Positions 9,109 to 19,755 of a DNA stretch of 64,000 nucleotides are shown one piece after another. The position numbers were made by a program, and so were the translations under genes. Below the pieces are notes generated by a model. The model made no database searches. It saw only the letters and a program-made list of their open reading frames with translations, and was not told the origin of the DNA. Within the stretch, counting starts at the first letter, position 1. Every line of letters begins with the position of its first letter. Source of the stretch: a virus (lineage: Duplodnaviria > Caudoviricetes); IMG/VR virus record IMGVR_UViG_3300033146_000601, positions 1,621-65,620 of that record, one strand, 5' to 3'.

Positions 9109-12100
9109 TTAATAATGTAGGCCCATACTGTTCATAAATGTCTTTAATACGGTTGATGTTGTTCCTTGTTTTATATTTTTTGGCATATTTGATTGGCCAG
9201 TAGTAGTTATATTATTAATGACCTCTCGTTTAGCATTATGATCATCCGCTCTCAAAGTATATAATTCATCAACAATATCTCCAGCATCAAATGTTAAAAA
9301 CGCATGCAAATCTAAATTACCAACAGCTTGACCCCCACCACGCGATTTACCTTTAACAGATTGGGAAGTTAGCATATTATATTTTCCAGTAGATCGAGCA
9401 GTTACATAAGATTTTGAAGTTTGTTCTAATGATTGCATATAACATACCCCTACCGGAACTTTTTGTTTAGTCCAAGTTTTCAATTTAGGAATATATACAT
9501 ATTCATCTAATTCTATTTTTAATATATTTGCAGCTTCTTTAATATCTTCAAAATTAATTGTTTTAAATGGTGGAACCAAAACATTCAACATAAAATCCGG
9601 ATCATCTATTAATTGTTTTCGAAATTTAACTTGTCCCATTTTATCTAAATATTGATTTATACTAGCGATCAATTCTTTTGTTTTTAATGCTTGATATACA
9701 TCAATTATTAAATTTATAATCCGTTCAGTTTGAACTGTTGTTAATTTAGCCATTTCTTTAATTTTTTTATTTAATATAAATATCACTTTGCCTAAATATA
9801 ATTCTTTAAGCATTGCTATGTTTTTTCTGCCAAACATTCCAACAGTACTAATGAACACATCAATTGGTAATTCACTTTTGCTATATGGAATATCTGGGGT
9901 TGGGATTATATAAGAAATAACACCTTTTGCTCCATATCGGGAAGCTAATTTATCTCCTAATTTTAAATTTTCTTTCTGTTTAATATAATAAACAATTTCC
10001 GCTCCAGTAAACTCCATACCACCTTTTAATTTATGCCCACCAATTTTTAAAAATTTTGTTGATATATTATCTAATGCTTTAATTTTATCATCTTTATTTT
10101 TATAAGATTTTTCCAATTTGGTAATTGTATTTTTTGTATCAACTGCTAAATCTTTATGAAAATTAATAATTTGACTATCAACCTTAGTTTTATTATTTAT
10201 AAATACTTTAACATCAACAATTTTTCCTTCATGACCCATTAATTTAATACTATTGTTACCTTGTTTATAATTAATAGTATATTCATCATCTGAATCTTCA
10301 TCAAACCCCATAATATCATATGTATTTAAATATTCATCTAAATTATCATTATATGTAAATTCAACTAATACATCTTGAGGTGTTATGTCTTTTTTATCAG
10401 TTACTAATTTTAATATTTTAGTTTCAGGTGGAATTACGATTTGAACTTGTTTAATAATATCTCGATGTAAATCTTCAGCCATCGTATCAGCAATACAATA
10501 TGCATCTTCATACACAGTTCCCATATATTGCATAATAGCCATTGTGCAATTCCTACCTGAACAATACATTCCATTTTTATTAAAATTTAAAGTCCAAGCA
10601 ATCATTTGCCCTTTTTTAACTTTTTCACCTTCTTTAATAGTATCCATATCTAATCCAATAAATGCACCCATATATGTTTTAGATAATCGTGGAATAATAT
10701 CAAATGTTTCTTCTGTATTATCCTTATATTTTATAGTCATAGTTTTATTAGGATCAACATTAATTACAACTCCATCTTGTTTAGATTTTTGAACAAATCG
10801 TTTAGATGATAATTCGGTTGTAATAAATTCGGCTCCAGTACCAACTAATGGGGGTTGATTGCCAACACTAGGAGTAGTTTGTTTCACATGTGTTGCGCCC
10901 ATAACTAATCGATCACTATCAACTTCATTAGCAAATGGAATCAATGCTTCGTTTAAAGCAACAGCTTCCCATCCAGACATATGTTTTGGATCATTAGTAC
11001 TATAACTTCCAAATTCATTAATAATAGATGGGGTCAATGTATGTGATGTAGTTAATCCAACATTACCAGATTCAGGAGTTGTATTTGCAGATATATTTCC
11101 AATATGACTTTTATGAATAGCTCTATGATTTGTTGTGAATGATTCTTTATTTGGTACTCCACCCGGTCCAGTTTTTATAACTTGGGATGCTAATGTTATG
11201 CCTTCAATTGGATTCGGCCCACTAGTATATTGCAATACACCCGGTTGACTATAAATATTTTTAATAATATGGTCAGAAATAATATTTATTTTTGCATCTT
11301 TTATTCCTAATGATATTTTTTTACGATATTCATTATGCGCCATAGTAACCTGTTTATACATAATATTCAACATCATTTCGGATAATCTTGATCTATAAAT
11401 ATTTAAATCAGCAATATCTTGAACGGGATCATTTAATAATTTATCTAAACATTGATTGGATAATAGATTTGATAAGTTAACTGGTAAATTTTCAAATTCT
11501 AAAAGTTCTTTTGTTACTGGATCTATTTCATAATCATTCAATAACTTTAAATTTCTTGTTGCGCTTTGACCATGTTGTTTATCGATAAGTGCATGAATTT
11601 CAGTAGGATCATCTAAATTATTTATTTTCTTTTTTATTTTAAATGCTAATAATCCATTGCATATAAATTCTTGTCTTGCAGTAGTTGGTGTAATAGATAA
11701 TAATTTATTATTTTTAATATTAATTAAATATTTAGATTCAACATCTGCATTTTTATCTATTATTTCATAATCTAATCCGAATTCATTTAATGCACTTAAT
11801 AATCCTTTTTGTTGCCACATATAAGTGATTAATGGTAATTTTAATCCACCAATATAAATTGCAATATATTGAATTGATTGTTTTGTTTTTCCTAATTTAT
11901 CATCAGGATTTATTATTTGAATCTGTTCAATAATTTTTTCATAAATGATTTCATTTCTAGTTTGTAATAATTTATCATTATCATTATTATATATGCAATT
12001 AGTTTCTTTATCAAATGTTATATTATCACCGACAGAATCAGTATACACTATATCACCAACAAAATATATTTTTGAATTGTCTTTAAAAACGAAATATTCT

Positions 12101-13683
12101 TCGGTTCGTTCTTTAATTAGTCCCGGATATTTTAATCCAATATATGATAATATCTCTTCGGTTTTTGATAAATCAAATTTAGTATTTTCTAAAGATAAAT
12201 GAATAATTGCATAATTGCTTAAAATACGAACTTTATTTTTTTCTGTTTTAGTTATTGGTTTCATAAATTGTTGGTTAGCCATAATATATTGAGAGCCATT
12301 CAATTTAACATATCGATCATTAACTATACCTGGAATATTTAATGTTATATCATATTCATCTGTATTATCTCCACTTGTATTTTGAAGAGTTATCGTATAT
12401 TGAATTAATCTATCTGCATTATTATCAATTATAGAATGCTTAATTTTTTTTACTTTAACTGCATGATCTGGAGTTTCTTCAAATGTTGAAAATAATTTTT
12501 TTATATTTTCATGTATTGTTTCTTCAAATTCGTATTTTTGTCTCCAAGCTCCAGTAGTATAATCAATATCAATTACTGATTTAGGATTAATAATGTTATT
12601 AGTTACAGATTCAGAAAAAACAAGTGGGGTTGTATAATTATTTACATCACTAATTTTATTTAATAATTTTTCAGGATTAGCTAAATAATCAGGATCAACA
12701 ACATCCGTATTAAATAATGTTTGATGTATTGATTTAAATACAATTTCAGATGCATCATATTCGGACATAGATTTAATTGAATTTAATTCAATATAATCTT
12801 TAATTGAATTTTTAGCATTAGCAATAATATCTGGGTTCGTTATATTATATTTTTTTAAAATTCCAGATAATACTTTAGTATTAACATTTACGACTACTGA
12901 ATCATCCGTATCATTTATTGAAATTAATAAATTCTTGTTTAAAGTGTTTTCTTTTTTGTCTATTTGTGAAATTTTTGATTCATCAGTATTTAATAATAAT
13001 GATGGAAGTTTTTTAATATTATTTGTTAATAATATATTATTATTATTTTCTTTTCCAAATACTGGAACTAACGAATTAGGAGTATGAACAAATCCATATG
13101 TTGTGTACAAATTTAATTTTAAAAATACATCTTTACTCAAATAAGTTTTAATATTATGAAACATATCACTAAACAAACCATTAGAATCTTTAATACAAAA
13201 CATTAAAATAATATTAATATCTTCATTTTTTAATTTGATTTTATCATATATTTTTGATAATTCATTAAAAATCATAGGTGTTGATTGATTCATATTAGAT
13301 TTTGATGTTATAAATTCATATGAATTTGAAAATAATGTCATATCATATATTAGATATTCATTTTTATTAATATCTATATTTCTCATAACATTTATTATTT
13401 TAAGTTTTTTAATACTATTTTGTTTTGTTAATTGTGTTTTAAGTTTAGTATTTTGTTGTTTCCCATTAAACATTTTATTACCAATAGTCATAGTTGTATT
13501 TGGAGAAATAATACCAAGACATTGACTTAAATATAAATTCAAATTTGGTAAAAACCCAACTAAATCAACATTTGTATCTGGAATCACTAGAATAATTGAA
13601 GGTTTATCAATTTGTATTTGTGTTTTTGTTATTGATGTATTTTTAAGTTTTGAATACGCTACTTCTTGTATTATTTGTTCCAT
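9109..13683 (-). CDS. RNA polymerase A, beta-like subunit (unsplit, ~390-aa N-terminal extension)
   Basis: YVKLNG, TPESGNVGL, LIPFANEVDSDRLVMG, YEDAY, GDKLASRYGAKGVIS, ARSTGKY...KGKSRGGGQAVG; likely start MEQIIQE (RBS GAGG). Confidence 0.93.
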   Translation of the reverse strand: MEQIIQEVAYSKLKNTSITKTQIQIDKPSIILVIPDTNVDLVGFLPNLNLYLSQCLGIISPNTTMTIGNKMFNGKQQNTKLKTQLTKQNSIKKLKIINVMRNIDINKNEYLIYDMTLFSNSYEFITSKSNMNQSTPMIFNELSKIYDKIKLKNEDINIILMFCIKDSNGLFSDMFHNIKTYLSKDVFLKLNLYTTYGFVHTPNSLVPVFGKENNNNILLTNNIKKLPSLLLNTDESKISQIDKKENTLNKNLLISINDTDDSVVVNVNTKVLSGILKKYNITNPDIIANAKNSIKDYIELNSIKSMSEYDASEIVFKSIHQTLFNTDVVDPDYLANPEKLLNKISDVNNYTTPLVFSESVTNNIINPKSVIDIDYTTGAWRQKYEFEETIHENIKKLFSTFEETPDHAVKVKKIKHSIIDNNADRLIQYTITLQNTSGDNTDEYDITLNIPGIVNDRYVKLNGSQYIMANQQFMKPITKTEKNKVRILSNYAIIHLSLENTKFDLSKTEEILSYIGLKYPGLIKERTEEYFVFKDNSKIYFVGDIVYTDSVGDNITFDKETNCIYNNDNDKLLQTRNEIIYEKIIEQIQIINPDDKLGKTKQSIQYIAIYIGGLKLPLITYMWQQKGLLSALNEFGLDYEIIDKNADVESKYLINIKNNKLLSITPTTARQEFICNGLLAFKIKKKINNLDDPTEIHALIDKQHGQSATRNLKLLNDYEIDPVTKELLEFENLPVNLSNLLSNQCLDKLLNDPVQDIADLNIYRSRLSEMMLNIMYKQVTMAHNEYRKKISLGIKDAKINIISDHIIKNIYSQPGVLQYTSGPNPIEGITLASQVIKTGPGGVPNKESFTTNHRAIHKSHIGNISANTTPESGNVGLTTSHTLTPSIINEFGSYSTNDPKHMSGWEAVALNEALIPFANEVDSDRLVMGATHVKQTTPSVGNQPPLVGTGAEFITTELSSKRFVQKSKQDGVVINVDPNKTMTIKYKDNTEETFDIIPRLSKTYMGAFIGLDMDTIKEGEKVKKGQMIAWTLNFNKNGMYCSGRNCTMAIMQYMGTVYEDAYCIADTMAEDLHRDIIKQVQIVIPPETKILKLVTDKKDITPQDVLVEFTYNDNLDEYLNTYDIMGFDEDSDDEYTINYKQGNNSIKLMGHEGKIVDVKVFINNKTKVDSQIINFHKDLAVDTKNTITKLEKSYKNKDDKIKALDNISTKFLKIGGHKLKGGMEFTGAEIVYYIKQKENLKLGDKLASRYGAKGVISYIIPTPDIPYSKSELPIDVFISTVGMFGRKNIAMLKELYLGKVIFILNKKIKEMAKLTTVQTERIINLIIDVYQALKTKELIASINQYLDKMGQVKFRKQLIDDPDFMLNVLVPPFKTINFEDIKEAANILKIELDEYVYIPKLKTWTKQKVPVGVCYMQSLEQTSKSYVTARSTGKYNMLTSQSVKGKSRGGGQAVGNLDLHAFLTFDAGDIVDELYTLRADDHNAKREVINNITTTGQSNMPKNIKQGTTSTVLKTFMNSMGLHY

Positions 13684-13690
13684 ATAACCC

Positions 13691-14212
13691 TCAACAAGTT
13701 TTAATATTCCATATATTTGGAAATAATTCAAAGAAATTTAATTCAAGCAATTCGTTTAATATATAAATATAAAAATACCATATTTTATCACCATATATAA
13801 TTGGAATAGCTAAATTAAACAAATTGATATTAGGATCAATTAAATAGTTTGTTAATAAAATTGTTTTTTGATATTTAAATTTTACAATTAAAAAAATTGT
13901 AGTCTGTTCAGTTGTTTGGGATTGTTCATCAATACATTTAGTTAACCATTTTTTTAATTTATATTGATTTATTAATGTAGGAATATTATCTTTATATCCG
14001 TGTTTACATTCAATTAATAATGGATACATTCCATTAAATTTTATTGGAAATTGTTTTATTGGAACGATATCTCCCATATAAGTCGTTTTGATTGCCCCAC
14101 TTGTTAAATGACGTCCTAGTACATTTTTATCATCAAAAATCCAAGTCCCCAATTGTTTTGCAGTAGTGTTTTCAAAAGCATTTCCTTTTGATTTTGATTT
14201 TCCAGGTTTCAT
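13691..14212 (-). CDS. Holliday junction resolvase (Hjc-like PD-(D/E)xK nuclease)
   Basis: SKSKGNAFE, TSGA, GDIV, LIECK motifs; RBS GGAG before MKPGK. Confidence 0.75.
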   Translation of the reverse strand: MKPGKSKSKGNAFENTTAKQLGTWIFDDKNVLGRHLTSGAIKTTYMGDIVPIKQFPIKFNGMYPLLIECKHGYKDNIPTLINQYKLKKWLTKCIDEQSQTTEQTTIFLIVKFKYQKTILLTNYLIDPNINLFNLAIPIIYGDKIWYFYIYILNELLELNFFELFPNIWNIKTC

Positions 14213-14225
14213 AAAAATTCTCCAA

Positions 14226-15992
14226 TCAATTATAATTACTATCTCTAACAATTATTTTGTCAATTGGTGATAATTTTTGTTGATCATTATCATCAGCATC
14301 GACTAAACTAGTTTTAATTGCTTTATTCAGATCTTGAAACGCTAATCGATTTATAAAAGTTCCAGTTACAAATGGTAATTGTTTGCATCCAATTATTTTA
14401 ACATTTTTATAATTTGATAATCTAGCCGGAGTATTTGGATTATCAGCATCTCTGAACATATTTCCTACCAATATTTCTAAATGAACTAAATCCATTTTAG
14501 GCATTTCATCAACCAATGCATTTAATAATAATTGTTCATCTTTAATATGTTTAACACTATAATTTAATAATTTATCAACAATTCCAGGATTTAATGTTGA
14601 TGTATATTTATCTCGGCTAAATATTAATTCACCTTTATCATATGTGAATGTTTTTAATTTTCCTTTACTTTCAAATAAATTTGGTTTCATAATGTAAATA
14701 TCAAAATTAAATGGAGTAGTAAACACTTGATTTTTAAAATGTATTGGAATTATTCCAGGAAATAACATTTTATCTGGTAAATCCGAATAATTATTTGTAT
14801 ATTCATTTAAATCAATTTGAATTTGGATATTATTTTTATTAGCATATATTTTATTTTTTTCAATAACTAAAATTTTGGATAATGATTCTTTATCAATAGA
14901 TGATTTATCAATTAAATCATTAAAATCTACATCAATAACTTCAAATCGTTCAGCTTTATGTCTTAATCCCATCATAATATTAACAGTTACCATATTTAAT
15001 GCACCAGCTGCTAAAATTCCAATATTATCTGTTTCAAGATTAGCACTAAGTTTTCCATAACAAATAGGACAAATATTATTATCTTTATTTTTACAATATA
15101 ATGGAGATCTTAATTTAATTTTTTTATTAATATAATTTTTAATATTTTTTTTAGTTAATAAAACTAAATCTTCCCCATCAACAATGTATCGATTAATTAA
15201 AGTTTTAGCATTTGTGGGATTAACAAATAAAATTAAATATCGTTTAGTATTACATCCTTTACTATTATTATCTATTTTGATATTAGAAGCGGCCATAGTT
15301 GCGGTTCGACTTAAATATCCTGGTACCCGAACGGCTTGGGTTTTTACATAAAATCCATTTCTTGCTTCATTAGCTGCATGATAATAATCTTCAATTGAAT
15401 AACCATCTCCGACTCCAGATGATACTCTGATACTGTTGCCATTTATATCTGAGCAATAACCTTTACTAACCATTAAAATTTCAAATGTCTTTTTAGACAT
15501 TTTGCCAGAAATTCCAGATTGTAAAGCGTCAACAAATGATGTATCATTTACTGATTCTTTCATTAATATGTCAACTAATTTTTGACCTTCTTCTTTAAAT
15601 TCTTCATCTGACATATTTTGTGCACGTTCCATAAATTCTTGTTTTAATAATTTAAAATCATCAGATGGAGTAACATTATCAATACTTATTGAATTTGGTG
15701 AAATCGTTGACAATTTAAATGCTTCTCGATTTAAGTTAGTTAAAATTTTGCTCATTTCTGCAGGTTCATGTTTTGTTGTAAGTTCTGCAACAATTTCATC
15801 TATTTTAGATTTATCAATTGGTTCATTTATTAATCTAAAATTATTTGGTAACATAATATTAAACCAAATTCTACCTAAACTCATTTTAATTGATATATTT
15901 TTAGTTTTTTTATTAGCATATCCATATTGAGTGGTTAAATTTACTTTATCATCTTTTAAAGTTTCATATATTTTTTCTAATGTCCATTCCAT
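14226..15992 (-). CDS. RNA polymerase A, beta' C-terminal half
   Basis: SLGRIWFN; bridge helix ARNGFYVKTQAVRVPGYLSR; LRSPLYC...ICPICYG zinc site; NIGILAA; VHLEILV. Confidence 0.88.
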   Translation of the reverse strand: MEWTLEKIYETLKDDKVNLTTQYGYANKKTKNISIKMSLGRIWFNIMLPNNFRLINEPIDKSKIDEIVAELTTKHEPAEMSKILTNLNREAFKLSTISPNSISIDNVTPSDDFKLLKQEFMERAQNMSDEEFKEEGQKLVDILMKESVNDTSFVDALQSGISGKMSKKTFEILMVSKGYCSDINGNSIRVSSGVGDGYSIEDYYHAANEARNGFYVKTQAVRVPGYLSRTATMAASNIKIDNNSKGCNTKRYLILFVNPTNAKTLINRYIVDGEDLVLLTKKNIKNYINKKIKLRSPLYCKNKDNNICPICYGKLSANLETDNIGILAAGALNMVTVNIMMGLRHKAERFEVIDVDFNDLIDKSSIDKESLSKILVIEKNKIYANKNNIQIQIDLNEYTNNYSDLPDKMLFPGIIPIHFKNQVFTTPFNFDIYIMKPNLFESKGKLKTFTYDKGELIFSRDKYTSTLNPGIVDKLLNYSVKHIKDEQLLLNALVDEMPKMDLVHLEILVGNMFRDADNPNTPARLSNYKNVKIIGCKQLPFVTGTFINRLAFQDLNKAIKTSLVDADDNDQQKLSPIDKIIVRDSNYN

Positions 15993-16010
15993 AAAAACTC
16001 CATATTATTA

Positions 16011-16045
16011 TTTTGACTGAATAAAAAATAATTATTCAGTCAAAA
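16011..16045. terminator. Intrinsic terminator
   Basis: TTTTGACTGAATAA/TTATTCAGTCAAAA inverted repeat. Confidence 0.7.
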
Positions 16046-16052
16046 GTTTTAA

Positions 16053-18455
16053 TTAACCACAAGTACTATATCCACAAACTAAACATACATCACATCCACC
16101 CGAATGTATAAGTTCAGGTTTACCACATTCAGGACAAATACTATTTTCTACTTGATTTTTATTATTATTTACTTTTGGTGAATCATCAATATTAATAAAA
16201 TTTTTTAATATACTACTGATGATACTACTTAGTTCTACCATTGACACTGCAGATTTTTCTAATTGTTTAATAATTTCAGGAATCGGAGCATTTAATCTTA
16301 ATAATAAACTAACTAATCTGGTAGTTGAAAACCAATAACTTTGTTTTTCTAAAAACTCAGCCGTATTTTGCATATGTGGAAGATTTGCAAAAATTTCAAT
16401 AGGTCTCCCATTTGGACTGACTGTGACCGTTACATATATTTTAATTTGTTTCCACATTCGTATATAACGATATGCTCTGCAATTTCGATCAATATTAGAT
16501 TTAACTTCATTAAGATGTTTTGTAATTTTTGAAACTGATAATATATTTGTTTTTTCTTCAATGTCATTTGAAGTTGATAATATTCCGGTTTTTGATCCGT
16601 CTCTAAATATAGTTATTCCTTTAATATTATGTTCATATGATTTCATATATATATCATACACATGTTCAACAGTTGCATCATTTGGTAAATTAATAGTTGA
16701 ACTGATTGATGTATCTATCCATTTTTGAATAGTTGATTGCATTTTAATTCTATCAATATAACTAATATCATGACTTTCAATATAATGAAATTTTTCTTTA
16801 ATTTGAGATTTTGATAATTTTAATATATTATGCCCGACATGTTTGGCTAATGGATAATGAATTAATCGAAATTTTTTGCCATTTAAAATACGGGTTTGAC
16901 GAAAATATTCAATAGCAAAAATTGGTTCGATTCCACTTGTCATGTTGCCTGCAATTATTGAAAGTGATCCAGTCGGACCAATAGTATTAAATGCACAATT
17001 ACGGATTCCATAGGTAACAATATCATTAATTATTTTATTTTTATTTCCACTAAGCATATTATTTAATATATTTTGAATATATTTTTGCTTAATAAATTTA
17101 TTTCTTGATCTTTTACTTTTTAAACATGGTGAGCATCCTTTTTCTTTTGATAATAAAATACTGGTTTTAATTTCTTGAATGGCTTTATGATAAAATAAAT
17201 CATCAACGAAGTCTAATGCTGTTTCAGAATTATAATTAATATTTAACATAGCCAACATATCATTTAATCCAGTAATTTCTACACCGATACGTCGACCATA
17301 TTGATCAATTGTTGTTTGTTTATGTAATGGATGGCGATTAATATCAATTATATTATCTAATAATATTACCGAATAATTAACAGATTCTAAAAATAATTCA
17401 ATATTAAATTGAGCTTGAGGAGTATAAGGATTATCAACAAAATTTGGCAATATTAATGCTCCCAACAAACAATTTCCCCAAGGGTTAAGTACTTGTTCAC
17501 CACATGGATTGCAAGAAAATATTTCTAATTTTTTATCAAATGAACACGAACTATATTTTTTAGCATGATCAAAAAATAATATTCCTGGATCTCCAGATTG
17601 CCAAGCAGATTCAGAAATCATCATCATTAACTTACGAGCTTTAATGGTTTTATAATTTTTAACTGGATATCCTTTTTCAAACCAATCATCATAATTTCCA
17701 TCCCACGTTGAATATTCATCACAATAAATATCAGGAAATTTAAATGTCCAATCTTTATCATTTTTGACCGCTAACATAAATTCATCAGTTATTTTAATAC
17801 TAATATTAGCATGAGAGATATTTGGATAACGATTAGGATTTAATGGATCTTGTGCAAATACTTTTTCGGGATTGGATTTACAATTAATAAAATCAATAAT
17901 ATCTGGATGATTAATACTAATTGTTATAATAATTGCCCCAGATCTTCCTTCTTGCCCAATTAATACTGCTAAGTCTGAAATTTGAGGCATAAATGATACT
18001 GCACCAGTTGAAAAATTAGCAGCATTATTTATTGAACATCCTTTTGGCCGAATAACACTAACATCAGTTCCAACCCCACCTCTAGACGCTAATGTTTTTG
18101 ATATTTCTTTTTGAGCTTGAAATATACCTTCTAATGAATCTTCTAAAATTGGGACAAAATAACAATTACTTAATGATACATTTTTAGTATAATCTCCAAT
18201 ATTAGTTAAAATACTTCCAGCGGGAATAAATAATTTATTATATAATATATTTTCAATTCCATCTATATGGTTTTTATTAAGTTCATTAGTTTTAATAATT
18301 GGAATTAATCGTTGATTATATAAATCATCTAAACAAGTTTCTTTGTTTTTTAAATATTTTGTTTTTAAAACTTGATTAATAAAACTTTCAGTTTCAGTAA
18401 TAATCTCATCATATTCCTCAACAATACTAATTTCATCAGTCGAAGTTATTGTCAA
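16053..18455 (-). CDS. nrdJ: Class II (B12-dependent) ribonucleotide reductase with C-terminal TSCPD-like domain and Zn ribbon
   Basis: SNCY, GGVG, NPCGEQ, CLLG, RRIG, PTGSLS, SGIEP, KGITIFRDG; C-terminal CPECG...GGCDVCLVCGYSTC; TTG start; no adjacent beta subunit. Confidence 0.85.
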   Translation of the reverse strand: MTITSTDEISIVEEYDEIITETESFINQVLKTKYLKNKETCLDDLYNQRLIPIIKTNELNKNHIDGIENILYNKLFIPAGSILTNIGDYTKNVSLSNCYFVPILEDSLEGIFQAQKEISKTLASRGGVGTDVSVIRPKGCSINNAANFSTGAVSFMPQISDLAVLIGQEGRSGAIIITISINHPDIIDFINCKSNPEKVFAQDPLNPNRYPNISHANISIKITDEFMLAVKNDKDWTFKFPDIYCDEYSTWDGNYDDWFEKGYPVKNYKTIKARKLMMMISESAWQSGDPGILFFDHAKKYSSCSFDKKLEIFSCNPCGEQVLNPWGNCLLGALILPNFVDNPYTPQAQFNIELFLESVNYSVILLDNIIDINRHPLHKQTTIDQYGRRIGVEITGLNDMLAMLNINYNSETALDFVDDLFYHKAIQEIKTSILLSKEKGCSPCLKSKRSRNKFIKQKYIQNILNNMLSGNKNKIINDIVTYGIRNCAFNTIGPTGSLSIIAGNMTSGIEPIFAIEYFRQTRILNGKKFRLIHYPLAKHVGHNILKLSKSQIKEKFHYIESHDISYIDRIKMQSTIQKWIDTSISSTINLPNDATVEHVYDIYMKSYEHNIKGITIFRDGSKTGILSTSNDIEEKTNILSVSKITKHLNEVKSNIDRNCRAYRYIRMWKQIKIYVTVTVSPNGRPIEIFANLPHMQNTAEFLEKQSYWFSTTRLVSLLLRLNAPIPEIIKQLEKSAVSMVELSSIISSILKNFINIDDSPKVNNNKNQVENSICPECGKPELIHSGGCDVCLVCGYSTCG

Positions 18456-18477
18456 TTTTTTTTCCTTTTTAAAAAAT

Positions 18478-18512
18478 AATTAAATAGGGAAGGTTTCTTC
18501 CCCATTTAATTG
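18478..18512. terminator. Intrinsic terminator
   Basis: AATTAAATAGGGAA/TTCCCCATTTAATT near-perfect inverted repeat. Confidence 0.6.
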
Positions 18513-18514
18513 GA

Positions 18515-18652
18515 TTATTTTTTTTGACGAGCTTGAGGCAATGTCATTTTACCATATTTTTTTTGAATTAATTGTTTATATTTTAAATATTTCTTTTTTG
18601 ATTTGGCATAATTAGCATATAATTTTGGATTCTCTTTTTTTGCTAATTTCAT
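18515..18652 (-). CDS. Small basic protein (45 aa)
   Basis: MKLAKKENPKLYANYAKSKKKYLKYKQLIQKKYGKMTLPQARQKK; RBS GGAGA upstream. Confidence 0.4.
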   Translation of the reverse strand: MKLAKKENPKLYANYAKSKKKYLKYKQLIQKKYGKMTLPQARQKK

Positions 18653-18876
18653 TAATCATAAAACTTCTCCTATTAAATTTAAAATTTCCAAATCAAATTA
18701 AGATTTTTAATTTCATTAATAATATCAAAATCATTTTTTTCAAATACATGTTGTTTAATAATTTTTAAGCATTTTAATGTTTGAGTTCTTTGTTTTTTTT
18801 TAATAAATTCATTATCATCACATACATCTTTAGTATTTGAATCTTTAATACACATTTGTTATACTTTCCTTTAAAT

Positions 18877-19413
18877 TTAAATATGTTGTTTAATGTCTGA
18901 ATGCGGTATGTTACTACGAAATGTTTCTGGAACTTTATCAATTTTATTAAAATTTAATTTCGGAACAAATGCAATTTTAGCTTGTGCAATTTGATCCCCA
19001 GGATTAATTCTATAAGAATTGGATCCATTATTTACTAATATAACAAATATTTCTCCTCTATATTTACTGTTTAATGTTCCAATTCCATTAGACACTACGA
19101 TTTTATATTTATCTGCCAATTTGCATTTAGATCTTATTTGCATTTCAAAAAAATTATTATTCGGCAATTCAATTTTAATTCCGGTTGGAAACCAATGAGT
19201 TTTGGTTGGCATTAAATTGAATGGATCATCAATTGCTGCTCTTAAATCAAAACAACAATCGCCAATATATTCATGTTGGATTTCATTATATTTACTAAAA
19301 TCGTAATTATCCAAATATTCAATATTAATACTTGGATATAATATTGACATTACAATATTTTCAACGTGTTGAATTTTTACTTTATTATTTAGTTCTTTAT
19401 AATTTTGATTCAT
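18877..19413 (-). CDS. Trimeric dUTPase-like protein with degenerate active site
   Basis: FDLRA, PTGIKIELP, GTLNSKYRGEI, GDQIAQ; motif II RSG and the motif V Gly-rich loop are absent. Confidence 0.8.
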   Translation of the reverse strand: MNQNYKELNNKVKIQHVENIVMSILYPSINIEYLDNYDFSKYNEIQHEYIGDCCFDLRAAIDDPFNLMPTKTHWFPTGIKIELPNNNFFEMQIRSKCKLADKYKIVVSNGIGTLNSKYRGEIFVILVNNGSNSYRINPGDQIAQAKIAFVPKLNFNKIDKVPETFRSNIPHSDIKQHI

Positions 19414-19419
19414 AAAACT

Positions 19420-19462
19420 CTCCTATCTACGAGAACCCCAAACTTCAGTTTGGAGAATCCCG
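19420..19462 (-). mobile_element. IS200/IS605-like end hairpin, copy 1
   Basis: CTCCAAACTGAAGTTTGGGGTTCTCGTAGATAGGAG, near-identical to 54155-54192. Confidence 0.5.
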
Positions 19463-19503
19463 CATTTAAATAGATTATATAGATATACAACTATAATAAG
19501 ATT

Positions 19504-19671
19504 TTAATAAGCTACCATTCCAAAGTTATTATAAATAACTTTGGAATCTTTGCGTTTGGCTTCGGCAACATCAGTAAACATTACTTTACCTTGTGTAGAT
19601 GTCCATCCTTTACAAACTGAATAATTATTATTATGTTTAATAATATCACCAGGTCGAAATTTAATAAACAT
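19504..19671 (-). pseudogene. 55-aa ORF resembling the C-terminal domain of IscB-type nucleases
   Basis: KFRPGDIIK...VCKGWTS.G.V...KVIYNNFGMV, followed ~45 nt later by an IS-like hairpin. Confidence 0.35.
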
Positions 19672-19755
19672 CCTTTTAAATATTATTAAAATTAGGGGTA
19701 CAGTACAGGGTACATACTATAATATTTTATTGACATAATTCTCCTTTTCCTAGTA

